A DNA stretch of 64,000 nt, taken from contig JAGWKL010000004.1 of NCBI GenBank assembly GCA_028865345.1, forward strand, positions 8,457 to 72,456, read 5' to 3'. Under the pieces are notes generated by a model, which saw only the letters and a list, made by a program, of their open reading frames with translations, searched no databases and was not told the origin of the DNA. The translations under genes were made by a program, and so were the position numbers. Positions 16,501 through 24,894 of the stretch are shown here, piece by piece. This DNA comes from Candidatus Omnitrophota bacterium (GTDB taxonomy: Bacteria; Omnitrophota; Gorgyraeia; Zapsychrales; Fredricksoniimonadaceae). Each line of letters begins with the position of its first letter. Within the stretch, counting starts at the first letter, position 1.

Positions 16501-17460
16501 TTATTTCAACCTTTCTGTCAATTGATACAGCAATCCATTGGCTATTTCCAGGCGGGGCAGCAGGAATTCCCTGGCCTTGATCCTGACGCTGGATTTTCCC
16601 CATCCCTTGTCCTGGATAGTGAAAACGACATCGCAGTTATAGACCTTGGCCCAAATATGATTGCGGTCCTTTTTTTTCACTCTTCCGTCGAGATCATGGA
16701 CCAGCTTTAAACTTTCCCCGTAGACCCTCTGAAATCCATCGTGCAGATCGGCGTGTGCAGAGTCCTGGGCCACGGCAATACCGAGGGCAAGGGCAGGCAG
16801 GAAGGTCGCCCCCAACACGGTCGTTGCCGCGTAAAGCCCGGCACTGCGCAGGGCCGTGGGCTTTAGGGCCTCCAAGAGGACGATCGTGACCAGTTTGGGA
16901 AGGCCGTTGATATTGCGGATCTTCAAATTTTTGACGCCGACATCATAGGCCGACACCCGTACCGGGGGCGCATGAGTATAATCCTCAACAATGACCTTCC
17001 CCAAATTAAGGTCGAGGGTGTCTATCTTAAAAACAGGCAGTTTCAGCGGCTTGCCCTTGCCCGCGGCCTGCTGTTCTTCGACGATCTTCAATGAATCCAC
17101 ATTCAGCTTGCCTTCTTTGTTCTTGATGATGATCACCTTGGCCATGTTAAAAATGACCCAGGGAAAATGCATTTTGCCTTTGAGCAGCGCCGGGATATCG
17201 GCATCCACCATCACTTCGGGCATGACCAAAAAGACCTGGTCAGGAAAACCCGGCGGGTTATAAAGCCGGAAATCCTTAATGATAATTTTATGGGTCAGCA
17301 GCCCTAAGGAAAAAGAACCCATTTCCACCTTGGCACCGATGATCTTGGGGGAAGCTATTTCAATGGCGGATTTGATGAGGACATCTTTGAGTTGGGACAA
17401 AATGAACACTGCGACTGCGAGGGCGAGAAACCAGCGTATGAAAAGCGGCCATGTTTTCAT
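16501..17460 (-). CDS. Membrane-anchored protein of unknown function (AsmA/DUF748-like architecture)
   Basis: An N-terminal transmembrane helix (LFIRWFLALAVAVFILS) is followed by a beta-rich periplasmic region. No catalytic motif was recognised. Confidence 0.35.
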   Translation of the reverse strand: MKTWPLFIRWFLALAVAVFILSQLKDVLIKSAIEIASPKIIGAKVEMGSFSLGLLTHKIIIKDFRLYNPPGFPDQVFLVMPEVMVDADIPALLKGKMHFPWVIFNMAKVIIIKNKEGKLNVDSLKIVEEQQAAGKGKPLKLPVFKIDTLDLNLGKVIVEDYTHAPPVRVSAYDVGVKNLKIRNINGLPKLVTIVLLEALKPTALRSAGLYAATTVLGATFLPALALGIAVAQDSAHADLHDGFQRVYGESLKLVHDLDGRVKKKDRNHIWAKVYNCDVVFTIQDKGWGKSSVRIKAREFLLPRLEIANGLLYQLTERLK

Positions 17461-17465
17461 GTTCT

Positions 17466-17512
17466 TTTAAAAATCACGGGCGTCTCCCATGAATCAAACG
17501 GGAGACGCCCGT
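17466..17512 (-). terminator. Strong rho-independent terminator
   Basis: Perfect 13-bp GC-rich stem ACGGGCGTCTCCC / GGGAGACGCCCGT with an 11-nt loop. On the minus strand it is followed by GATTTTTAAAAG, directly downstream of the lipoprotein gene. Confidence 0.7.
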
Positions 17513-17518
17513 AATTTC

Positions 17519-18046
17519 TTACTGCTGAATATACTTTTGCTTCAATAATGCGATTTGACCGGCAGGATAATTTTTGACAAGCTTGCCGCTGCCGTTATAA
17601 ACAGCCACATCCCCGTTGTCACTCTGAACGGCGGAATAAAGGACCTGGCCTTTGTCATTCTTGGCGATGATGCCCTTGGGCGTGCGCTGGAAGATAAACC
17701 CGTGGTTATTCCCGAGCGCCACCTTCACCTCGTCCGTTTTGTCATTGTAACTCATCAGCATCTTCTGTTTGCCGTTTTGGACGAAACGGGTCTGAGGCGT
17801 GTTGAAAGACGTATCCACCGGATTTTTGCCTGTCCAGAACTCAATGGAGTTGAAGATAATGGCATCGGCAAAAATCGCCAAACTGTAAATAGGCGTTATG
17901 GACACCAATAAAAAACATAACTCATCAGACCATTTATCCGGCTGGGAACGGTGCCAACTATAAAGTTTATGTGTGAGGCTGAAGGAGCCTGTACAACCCG
18001 TGGTAAAGAATGCAAGGATCATTACCGATGCAACAATTTTCTTCAT
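17519..18046 (-). CDS. Lipoprotein of unknown function
   Basis: Lipobox MKKIVASVMILAFFTTGC. Preceded by an AGGAGG ribosome-binding site. 175 aa. Confidence 0.55.
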   Translation of the reverse strand: MKKIVASVMILAFFTTGCTGSFSLTHKLYSWHRSQPDKWSDELCFLLVSITPIYSLAIFADAIIFNSIEFWTGKNPVDTSFNTPQTRFVQNGKQKMLMSYNDKTDEVKVALGNNHGFIFQRTPKGIIAKNDKGQVLYSAVQSDNGDVAVYNGSGKLVKNYPAGQIALLKQKYIQQ

Positions 18047-18293
18047 ACTCCCTCCTCTTTGCGATGGTTTCTCTTACCCTATAAAGAATGGATATATCCC
18101 TTGGTGCTGCTAAAACTTAAGGACTTCCGGAAAAATTGAGATGTCGACCCTTTCATCCCGATCTGGCAGTTCCTATGGTACAACAAACCTAAATCTTAGG
18201 CAACTTATTTGACACCCAATTCTAAACGAAGATAACAAAATGTCGATTAAGAAACCATGAAGCTGATATTAAAATAGCGGTTTCCGGAAGGAA

Positions 18294-19466
18294 CTAAGAC
18301 GCTTTTTGAAGCTCTCCGGCAACATGGGTGTTGAGCCCAAAAGCCTTGGTACGCCAGGAGGCCGCCATTTCATGTTTATATTTGGGCCAGCAATCAGCCC
18401 ACGTATGCCAGCCGGGTTTCACGGCAGGCCTGTTGACCCACGGGCTGTTGGGGTAATAACCGTAAATACCATCAGGGTGAAGGTAATTTTTGACGGCCTT
18501 GTACGTCCAGTAATTCCAGTGAAAGCCAAGATCATTAAAAACTTTCAGTTCGTCTCTCAAATAGACATGTTCATGGTAAAAACCCTGGCGGTAATTGACG
18601 CCGAATTCCCCCACATGCACAGGCCGGTTCCTTTTTCGGGCAAAATGCCAGTAACCTTCCATCCGCCGGCGGATGACATCCTTATCACAACCCTTCCACG
18701 GATATTTTAAAAACGGCACATAATTGAACGTAAATTCTATCGGTTCATAAAAGTGGATGCTGTAAACCCAGTTGTCGTCCTCAAAATCATCCAGCACATC
18801 GATTTGCTGGGCCCAACGGTTGCCTTCAATAAATAAAATATGGTTCTTGTCCGAGCGGCGGATGGCCTTGATGAGCTGAGAGTAAAATTCATTTAACAAC
18901 CCCGCATCGTCCAGGACGGCCTCGTTCAGGACATCATAACCCGCAACGGTCTCTTCATCTTTATAACGGTCGGCCAGCATCTGCCAAAGATCATAGGTTT
19001 TATGGCGATTGGACTTTTTTGTCCATAGCTCCGCAGGGCCCATGCTGTCGGAATGCCAGTCATGGTTTTGGGCGCCGTAAGCGGCGTGCAGATCCAGGAT
19101 CAAATAGACCTTGTGCTTCCGTCCCCAGGAAACGGCGCGGTCCAAATAGGCAAGGGTCTCCCTGTCTGCCGCAACTTTATAATGGAATGGGAGGCGTATG
19201 CAGTTCATCCCCCAGGAAGCCACCTGCCGGACATCCGCTTCGGTGATGAAATTTTCCCGAAAGGACTTCAGGAGTTTCTGTAACGCCCCGGGACCATGCC
19301 GCCGGACGAACTCCTTCTCAAAAACCTGCTGGGGCCAATTGGGTGAATACATGAAATACGCTTCCATCATCAACCATCCCCCGAAGTTGACCCCTCTCAA
19401 ACGCACCGGTTTGCCGTCGGCTGTAACGATGGAAGTTTTGTCTCTCTTTAAGAAGCCTGGCTTCAT
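18294..19466 (-). CDS. Glycoside hydrolase family 5 (cellulase-like) protein, no signal peptide
   Basis: GH5 signature blocks ADVRQVASWGMNCIRLPFHY and YLILDLHAAYGAQN, with a catalytic acid context in YDVLNEAV. An ATGA overlap joins it to the upstream hydrolase. Confidence 0.7.
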   Translation of the reverse strand: MKPGFLKRDKTSIVTADGKPVRLRGVNFGGWLMMEAYFMYSPNWPQQVFEKEFVRRHGPGALQKLLKSFRENFITEADVRQVASWGMNCIRLPFHYKVAADRETLAYLDRAVSWGRKHKVYLILDLHAAYGAQNHDWHSDSMGPAELWTKKSNRHKTYDLWQMLADRYKDEETVAGYDVLNEAVLDDAGLLNEFYSQLIKAIRRSDKNHILFIEGNRWAQQIDVLDDFEDDNWVYSIHFYEPIEFTFNYVPFLKYPWKGCDKDVIRRRMEGYWHFARKRNRPVHVGEFGVNYRQGFYHEHVYLRDELKVFNDLGFHWNYWTYKAVKNYLHPDGIYGYYPNSPWVNRPAVKPGWHTWADCWPKYKHEMAASWRTKAFGLNTHVAGELQKAS

Positions 19467-20281
19467 ATCAACTCCTTGCTTTTTAACAGGTGTATGAATT
19501 CCGCAGCGGCCGCCGGCTGGTCGACCAGGGAACTGTCATTATGCCCCCCGCGGATCTTTAAGAATTGTTTGGGCTCTCCCGCGGCCATAAACAATTTCTC
19601 GCCGACCCTGTAAGGCACCACCTCATCCTGGGGGCTGTGCATGAACAATTTAGGGACATTCAAATGTCTGACCTTGTCGATGGAATTGAATTTAAGGCGG
19701 ATGAAAAAAAGGGGAACGAAAGGATAATGGACCCGGGCCATGTCACGGGCGGAGGTAAAGGACGATTCCACGGCCAACAGGGCCGCTTTCCTGTGATTGG
19801 CCAGATCAATGACCACGGCCCCGCCCAATGATGCGCCATAGAAAATGACCTTGTCCATGTCCACATCACCGCGCGATTGAAGATAGTCAAAGGCCGCCTG
19901 TGCGTCCCAATAAATGCCCGCCTCCGAGGGCCTGCCTTCGCTTTTGCCGTAACCGCGGTAATCGAAGATGAACACATTCATTCCCAGATCGTAAAAAAAT
20001 TTTATTTTCAATACCCTGTCGCCGATATTGCCGGCATTGCCATGGGCGAAAAATAGCGTGGAGCGCGCCGCCGGGTTCTTAAAAAACCAGCCGTTGAGCA
20101 AAACGTTCCCGCGGGCGTTGAAATAAACATCTTCCCACGGCAGGCCCAGGCCCGAAGGGTCCGCCGTGATCTCACGGCCCGGAAAAAACACCCCGGCGGA
20201 CTCCAAATGACGCACCAGGACAAAAAACCCCGCCACCGCCAACGCCGCGATCATCAACAAATCAAGGCACAGAAAAAACAT
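19463..20281 (-). CDS. Alpha/beta-hydrolase fold protein (membrane-anchored)
   Basis: An N-terminal transmembrane helix is followed by HGNAGNIGDR and a nucleophile elbow GASLGGAV. A catalytic Asp/His region is present. Confidence 0.7.
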   Translation of the reverse strand: MFFLCLDLLMIAALAVAGFFVLVRHLESAGVFFPGREITADPSGLGLPWEDVYFNARGNVLLNGWFFKNPAARSTLFFAHGNAGNIGDRVLKIKFFYDLGMNVFIFDYRGYGKSEGRPSEAGIYWDAQAAFDYLQSRGDVDMDKVIFYGASLGGAVVIDLANHRKAALLAVESSFTSARDMARVHYPFVPLFFIRLKFNSIDKVRHLNVPKLFMHSPQDEVVPYRVGEKLFMAAGEPKQFLKIRGGHNDSSLVDQPAAAAEFIHLLKSKELI

Positions 20282-20288
20282 GGATTTC

Positions 20289-20687
20289 TTAATTGCCTCG
20301 TTGAGGGACCAGGGACAACATCAGGCGGATGGCTTTCAAGATATCTTCGATCTGGCAAGGCTTGGCCAAATAATGGTCGGCTTGAAGGTCCACGCCTTTT
20401 CTAAAACTTTCCAGGTCGCCTTGGGCCGAAACAATGATGACCGGCTGCCAGCGCTTGACCGGAGGGTTTTGGCGCAGCCGGCTCAACACCGCCCATCCGT
20501 CCATTTTCGGCATGTTCAAATCCAGAATGATCACGTCCGGCAGCCCGCTGTTGATCTTGTTCCACGCATCTTCGCCGTCACGGGCGGCAATGACTTCGTA
20601 GCCCTGGGAGGCGATCTTGCGGGCCATGATCTCAACGGCCGCCTCTTCGTCATCAGCTATCAGTATTTTGATCACCGCAGGATTCAT
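20289..20687 (-). CDS. Single-domain response regulator (REC only)
   Basis: KILIADDEEAAVEIM...DVIILDLNMPKMDG...AKP. Phospho-acceptor Asp and the conserved Lys are present. Confidence 0.8.
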   Translation of the reverse strand: MNPAVIKILIADDEEAAVEIMARKIASQGYEVIAARDGEDAWNKINSGLPDVIILDLNMPKMDGWAVLSRLRQNPPVKRWQPVIIVSAQGDLESFRKGVDLQADHYLAKPCQIEDILKAIRLMLSLVPQRGN

Positions 20688-21166
20688 CTGGCCGACGAGT
20701 AATTTTTTAAATCGTAATGGATTGATTTTGGGGGCATGTCAATGCGGTCGATGGCAACAGAGGCCTTGCCGAAGAAATCAACGGCCATGGTATCGTGAAA
20801 ATCGGAAAACACCACCACCCTTTTGACCCCCGCCGTGATCAGGGCTTTGGCGCAGGTGGTGCAGGGCATGTTGGTCACATAAGCCGTGGCGCCTTCGACG
20901 GCATGGCCGCGCCTGGCGGCCTGGACGATGGCATTCATCTCGGCGTGCACCGTGCGGACACAGTGGTTGTCGACCAGCAGGCAGCCCACATCTTCGCAAT
21001 GCGCGTCCCCGGGAATGGAACCGTTGTAGCCGGTGGCGATGACGTTCTTGTTCTTGACAAGCACCGCGCCGCAATGCATGCGCGGACAGGTGGCGCGTTC
21101 AGAGGCGAGCATCGCCAATTTCATGAAATACTCATCCCAATCAGGTCTTTTGGCCATAATATTCAT
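20684..21166 (-). CDS. dCMP deaminase (ComEB / cytidine-deoxycytidylate deaminase family)
   Basis: Zinc-binding motifs HAEMNAI and PCTTCAKAL. An ATGA overlap joins it to the downstream response regulator. Confidence 0.8.
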   Translation of the reverse strand: MNIMAKRPDWDEYFMKLAMLASERATCPRMHCGAVLVKNKNVIATGYNGSIPGDAHCEDVGCLLVDNHCVRTVHAEMNAIVQAARRGHAVEGATAYVTNMPCTTCAKALITAGVKRVVVFSDFHDTMAVDFFGKASVAIDRIDMPPKSIHYDLKNYSSAR

Positions 21167-21178
21167 CTTAACAAATTC

Positions 21179-22348
21179 TTATATTTTACCAAGTCTTTTC
21201 ATGATACAGGCAACTGCCTCTTGAAAAACAGCCGGCTCAGGCAAAAGGCTTAAAACGATAAAAGCTTCGCCGGTAAAATCAAAGAAATATCCCGGGTGGA
21301 CCAACACATGGTCTTCTTTCAGGAATTCCAGCACCCACTCCTCTTCTGATTTCACCGCGGGAATGCGCAAGGTGGCATACCATCCGCCCTGCAAGGAAAG
21401 CAACTGCGTATTTTTATTTAAATGGGCCGACAGCCACTTGTGGTTTTCCCTGACCCTGGCCATGATCTGTCCCTGGATGGCGGAAGCCTGGGCCAGCCAG
21501 GGGCTTAAGGCATTCTGCACCGGCGTATTGACGGATAAATACGTGTCCGCGATGATCTCAAGGCGCGCAAAGGCTTCCAGCAAGGCGGCTTCGGGGCCTG
21601 AGCCCAAGATCCAGGAACATTTCATCTGCGGCAGCCCCAGGGTCTTTGACAGCCCCCCCAGCACAAAGGTCAAAACAGGCTGGTTGCCGATACAACTGAC
21701 CGCACCCGCCGGCTGCAAGGCATATTCGAAGAAAACTTCGTCGGAAATAATGCTCAATTGGTGTGTGCGGCAAATATCATTTAAGGCGTTTAATTCATCG
21801 TGGTTGATATAGGATCCCGTGGGATTGTTGGGATTGACTAAAACGACGGCGCGGGTTCGGTCATCGATCAGACGCTTCAGGCCCTGCATATCCACGTGCC
21901 ATTGCCCGTCGTAATTAAGGGGGTAATAATCAAAATGGATGTCATTAAGCTCCAGCAAAAATTGGAACAACGGATAACTGGGCTGAGGAATGAGGATTTT
22001 CTCAGCCGGATCGGCCAACAACCTCATTAAGAACGAGTAGGCCTCGGAGGTGCCGGCGGTCAAAATGATATGGTCGACGGATACGGGCAGATTCTGGCGG
22101 GCATAATACGCGGCCAGGGCCTGGCGGGCCTCCGCCATGCCGCAGGCATCAGGCCGGTATCGGAGATTTTCCGGCGAGTTTAAGGCCGTCAGAAGCCCTT
22201 CAGGGTAAACGAAGCCGCAGCCCGTCGGATTGGAAGCCGTGAGGTCCAGCACACGGGCTTCACGGGCTCTAAGCTGATCCAGGATCCTGTCCAGGGCGTT
22301 GGTTTCCCGCGGCCAAGCGGTCCGGCGGGAAAATTTATATTTGTCCAT
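21179..22348 (-). CDS. PLP-dependent aminotransferase, class I/II
   Basis: Fold-type I layout with a Lys-containing segment SKTLGLPQMKCSW. About 389 aa. Confidence 0.7.
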   Translation of the reverse strand: MDKYKFSRRTAWPRETNALDRILDQLRAREARVLDLTASNPTGCGFVYPEGLLTALNSPENLRYRPDACGMAEARQALAAYYARQNLPVSVDHIILTAGTSEAYSFLMRLLADPAEKILIPQPSYPLFQFLLELNDIHFDYYPLNYDGQWHVDMQGLKRLIDDRTRAVVLVNPNNPTGSYINHDELNALNDICRTHQLSIISDEVFFEYALQPAGAVSCIGNQPVLTFVLGGLSKTLGLPQMKCSWILGSGPEAALLEAFARLEIIADTYLSVNTPVQNALSPWLAQASAIQGQIMARVRENHKWLSAHLNKNTQLLSLQGGWYATLRIPAVKSEEEWVLEFLKEDHVLVHPGYFFDFTGEAFIVLSLLPEPAVFQEAVACIMKRLGKI

Positions 22349-23033
22349 GGGCCTGTTTAAGACGGGTCAATTCCTGCTCTTTGGCGGCAAAAGCCTTCTT
22401 TAATTCATCGAATTCGCTTTTGGCCACCCACTGAATGTCTTCGCGCTTTTCTTTCAGTTGGACGCATTGGGCCTTTAAGGTGCGGATTTCCCCGGCGTTG
22501 GCTTGAAGGGTGGTCTGTTGGCTGGTGACCTTGACGGATAACTGGCGCTTTTCTTCGATGATCTGCTCGTGTTTGATCTTAATCTCCTGCAATTCACGCT
22601 CCAGGCGAAGGCGATGGGAATGTTCTTTTTCCAGATCGCCCTCCGTGCGGAAAATCTGGTCTTTTAAATCTTTTTCATGCCGCTTGGATTTCTCCAGGGT
22701 GTCCTGCTCCTTTTCACGCCAGCTTTTTTCCAGCGCCAATTTTTCGGTCAGGTCCTTGACCTGGGCCTTTTGTTCATCAACAGCCTTCTGAAAGCCGCGC
22801 TGGTCCATTTTCATCTTTTCAATTTCCCCCTGCAGGGATTGGTTATGCCGCTCCCAGCGCTCGGCAATGGATTTCCAGTCCCTGGTTTCGGTTGCGGGAC
22901 CGGGCGCCGGCACAGGCCTTCTTTCTTTTTCCTTTTTCTTCTTGGGTCTGACGGCAGGGTCCGCCGGCAACAGGTAAATGACAAGGCCCAAGACCACTAA
23001 AACCACAAAACACCAAATCATGATCCAGAACAT
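22335..23033 (-). CDS. Membrane-anchored coiled-coil protein
   Basis: N-terminal transmembrane helix MFWIMIWCFVVLVVLGLVIYLL. It is followed by a basic Pro-rich linker and about 170 aa of heptad-rich charged sequence. Confidence 0.5.
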   Translation of the reverse strand: MFWIMIWCFVVLVVLGLVIYLLPADPAVRPKKKKEKERRPVPAPGPATETRDWKSIAERWERHNQSLQGEIEKMKMDQRGFQKAVDEQKAQVKDLTEKLALEKSWREKEQDTLEKSKRHEKDLKDQIFRTEGDLEKEHSHRLRLERELQEIKIKHEQIIEEKRQLSVKVTSQQTTLQANAGEIRTLKAQCVQLKEKREDIQWVAKSEFDELKKAFAAKEQELTRLKQAHGQI

Positions 23034-23077
23034 AAGATTCCTTTGGGATAATATGATGCATCAAAATACCACAGAAC

Positions 23078-24481
23078 TCAATGAAAGGCAAAAGTGTTTG
23101 AAATAGCGCCCCGCCCCAAGACCCGTTCATTTTGGGACCAATCCGATGAAATGTGTTTAAGATAGCGCAGATAAAAATCTTTCGCCGGTTTACTTTTCGC
23201 TTTCCGGGCATACGCGCTGAAGATCGCATAGGCCCTTTTAAAATGCCCCTGTGCCAGCTGCGGCCGGCCGTCGGCATAATACGCCTTGGCCAAAAGCCAA
23301 TGCCCGCGCCCGAAATTGGGTTCAAATTGGAGCGTGCGTTCGAACAAAGCCGTTTCACTGCGCCAAAACGTATTTTGATGCCAGGTCAACAAAAGGCAGG
23401 TGATGATGACAAGGCCCGCCAACGGCCTGGCCGAAGATTTCAGAAAATGGTCGCCGGCCGCCACGGCGATGATCAAAATACCGACGATGGGCAAGTATAA
23501 GAAATGTTCGGGGGTCAATATGAACGAATACTCGTTGACCAGGGGGACGATGTTTAAGACCGGGAGTAACGCGGCCAGGAACCATCCCAATCCCAGAAAC
23601 AGCGTTCCTCTGGCCGCAGGCCAACGTTTGCAGACATAAAGAATAGCCAAGAGCGCCATGAACAAAACCGTCCAGGCTAAGCCATCGGGCTGCAGAATAT
23701 CCGTGCTGCGGTAATAATGAAGGCCGTAAGGGAAAAATATCAGCCGCACGTACATCCCTATGTCCCTTGGGATCGCGGCCAGGCGCAAACACAATTCACC
23801 GGGGGAGGCCATGATGGCGCCCAGAAGTGACGCCCCGGTCACGATACGGCGCCCGATGAGCAAGGCGCCGGCAGCCAGGGCAAAAAGGCCCCAGGCGCGA
23901 AAATCCTTCCGCCCGCGCCAGCAGTCAATGACCACGACAAGGGGCACAAACAGCAACGCCTGTTCCTTGCCCAAACATGCCGTCACAAAACATAATAAAG
24001 CGGCCGCATACCATTTGTTAAGATACGCATGGAGCGCCAATAAAACACCCATGGCCATCCAAAGATTGGAGATTCCGGAAATGCAGCTGACCGCCTCGGT
24101 CTGCACCGGATGGACCAGGAAAATACAGGCCACCACCCAAGCCGCCCCCCTCTTGAAGCCCAATTTTTCCAGAAGTCCGAAAAGCAAAAGGCCGTTGACC
24201 GTGTGCACGATCACATTCAGCAGATGAAAACCAAAAGCATGGGGGCCGAAAAGGCGGTATTCAAGGCGGTACAGGACCTCTAATAACGGGCGGTAATAGG
24301 TGTTAAGTCCGGCCGCGACCTTGGGCGCCTGAAAAGCCCCGTACCAATGCCCGAGGTCCGCGATGTGCGGGTTACGGAGGATAAAAATGACGTCGTCATG
24401 GACGAAAGGATGCCGCAGGGCGTTACAAAAGGCAAGCAATCCGAAGAAAAACAGCGACAAAAAGCAACCGGCAGTACTCAT
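23078..24481 (-). CDS. GT-C-fold glycosyltransferase-like polytopic membrane protein with C-terminal TPR region (PMT/ArnT-like)
   Basis: At least 10 transmembrane helices with conserved acidic residues in the first loop (FVHDDVIF). The C-terminus has TPR-like repeats (WLLAKAYYADGRPQLAQGHFKRAY). The start was moved to MSTAGCFL (24479-24481) to remove the overlap with the Hpt gene. Confidence 0.5.
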   Translation of the reverse strand: MSTAGCFLSLFFFGLLAFCNALRHPFVHDDVIFILRNPHIADLGHWYGAFQAPKVAAGLNTYYRPLLEVLYRLEYRLFGPHAFGFHLLNVIVHTVNGLLLFGLLEKLGFKRGAAWVVACIFLVHPVQTEAVSCISGISNLWMAMGVLLALHAYLNKWYAAALLCFVTACLGKEQALLFVPLVVVIDCWRGRKDFRAWGLFALAAGALLIGRRIVTGASLLGAIMASPGELCLRLAAIPRDIGMYVRLIFFPYGLHYYRSTDILQPDGLAWTVLFMALLAILYVCKRWPAARGTLFLGLGWFLAALLPVLNIVPLVNEYSFILTPEHFLYLPIVGILIIAVAAGDHFLKSSARPLAGLVIITCLLLTWHQNTFWRSETALFERTLQFEPNFGRGHWLLAKAYYADGRPQLAQGHFKRAYAIFSAYARKAKSKPAKDFYLRYLKHISSDWSQNERVLGRGAISNTFAFH

Positions 24482-24494
24482 GGGCCGCTTAGCC

Positions 24495-24848
24495 TCAGAC
24501 CCCCAAGTCCTTTTTAAAACGGGCGGAAAAAGATTTGATCTCTTCAAAATACCCATCGATGGATGAAGCCACCCCTTGCATGCCGTCGGTCTTATTTTCC
24601 TTGGCCAGGGTCTCCAATTGAAGGCAGGCGGCATACATGGGCTTGGCGGAAATGTTCCCGGAGGCCCCCTTCATGGAATGGGCGACCTCCTTGATCTTGG
24701 CGATATCTTGGGCAGCGATGGCTTCTCCCAGGGCTTTGCGTTTGATCACAAAATCTTCAATATAAATGTCAAGAAGTTCATTCAGCAATTCCTTGTCGTC
24801 CTGCACGCGTTCCAATACGTCCTTTAGATCAATGATCTCTTCACTCAT
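24495..24848 (-). CDS. Hpt (histidine phosphotransfer) domain protein
   Basis: Hpt signature AHSMKGASGNISA with the conserved His. 117 aa. Confidence 0.7.
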   Translation of the reverse strand: MSEEIIDLKDVLERVQDDKELLNELLDIYIEDFVIKRKALGEAIAAQDIAKIKEVAHSMKGASGNISAKPMYAACLQLETLAKENKTDGMQGVASSIDGYFEEIKSFSARFKKDLGV

Positions 24849-24894
24849 ATAGACCTTTCATTAATTTTTCCCGCCCGGTACGGCGGGAACCATA

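Noticed and set aside
24858-24886. Hairpin TCCCGCC-GGTAC-GGCGGGA between the hybrid kinase and the Hpt gene.
   Set aside because: On the transcribed (minus) strand it is followed by an A-run, not a U-tract, so it is not a canonical intrinsic terminator. It may be a stabilising stem-loop at most.
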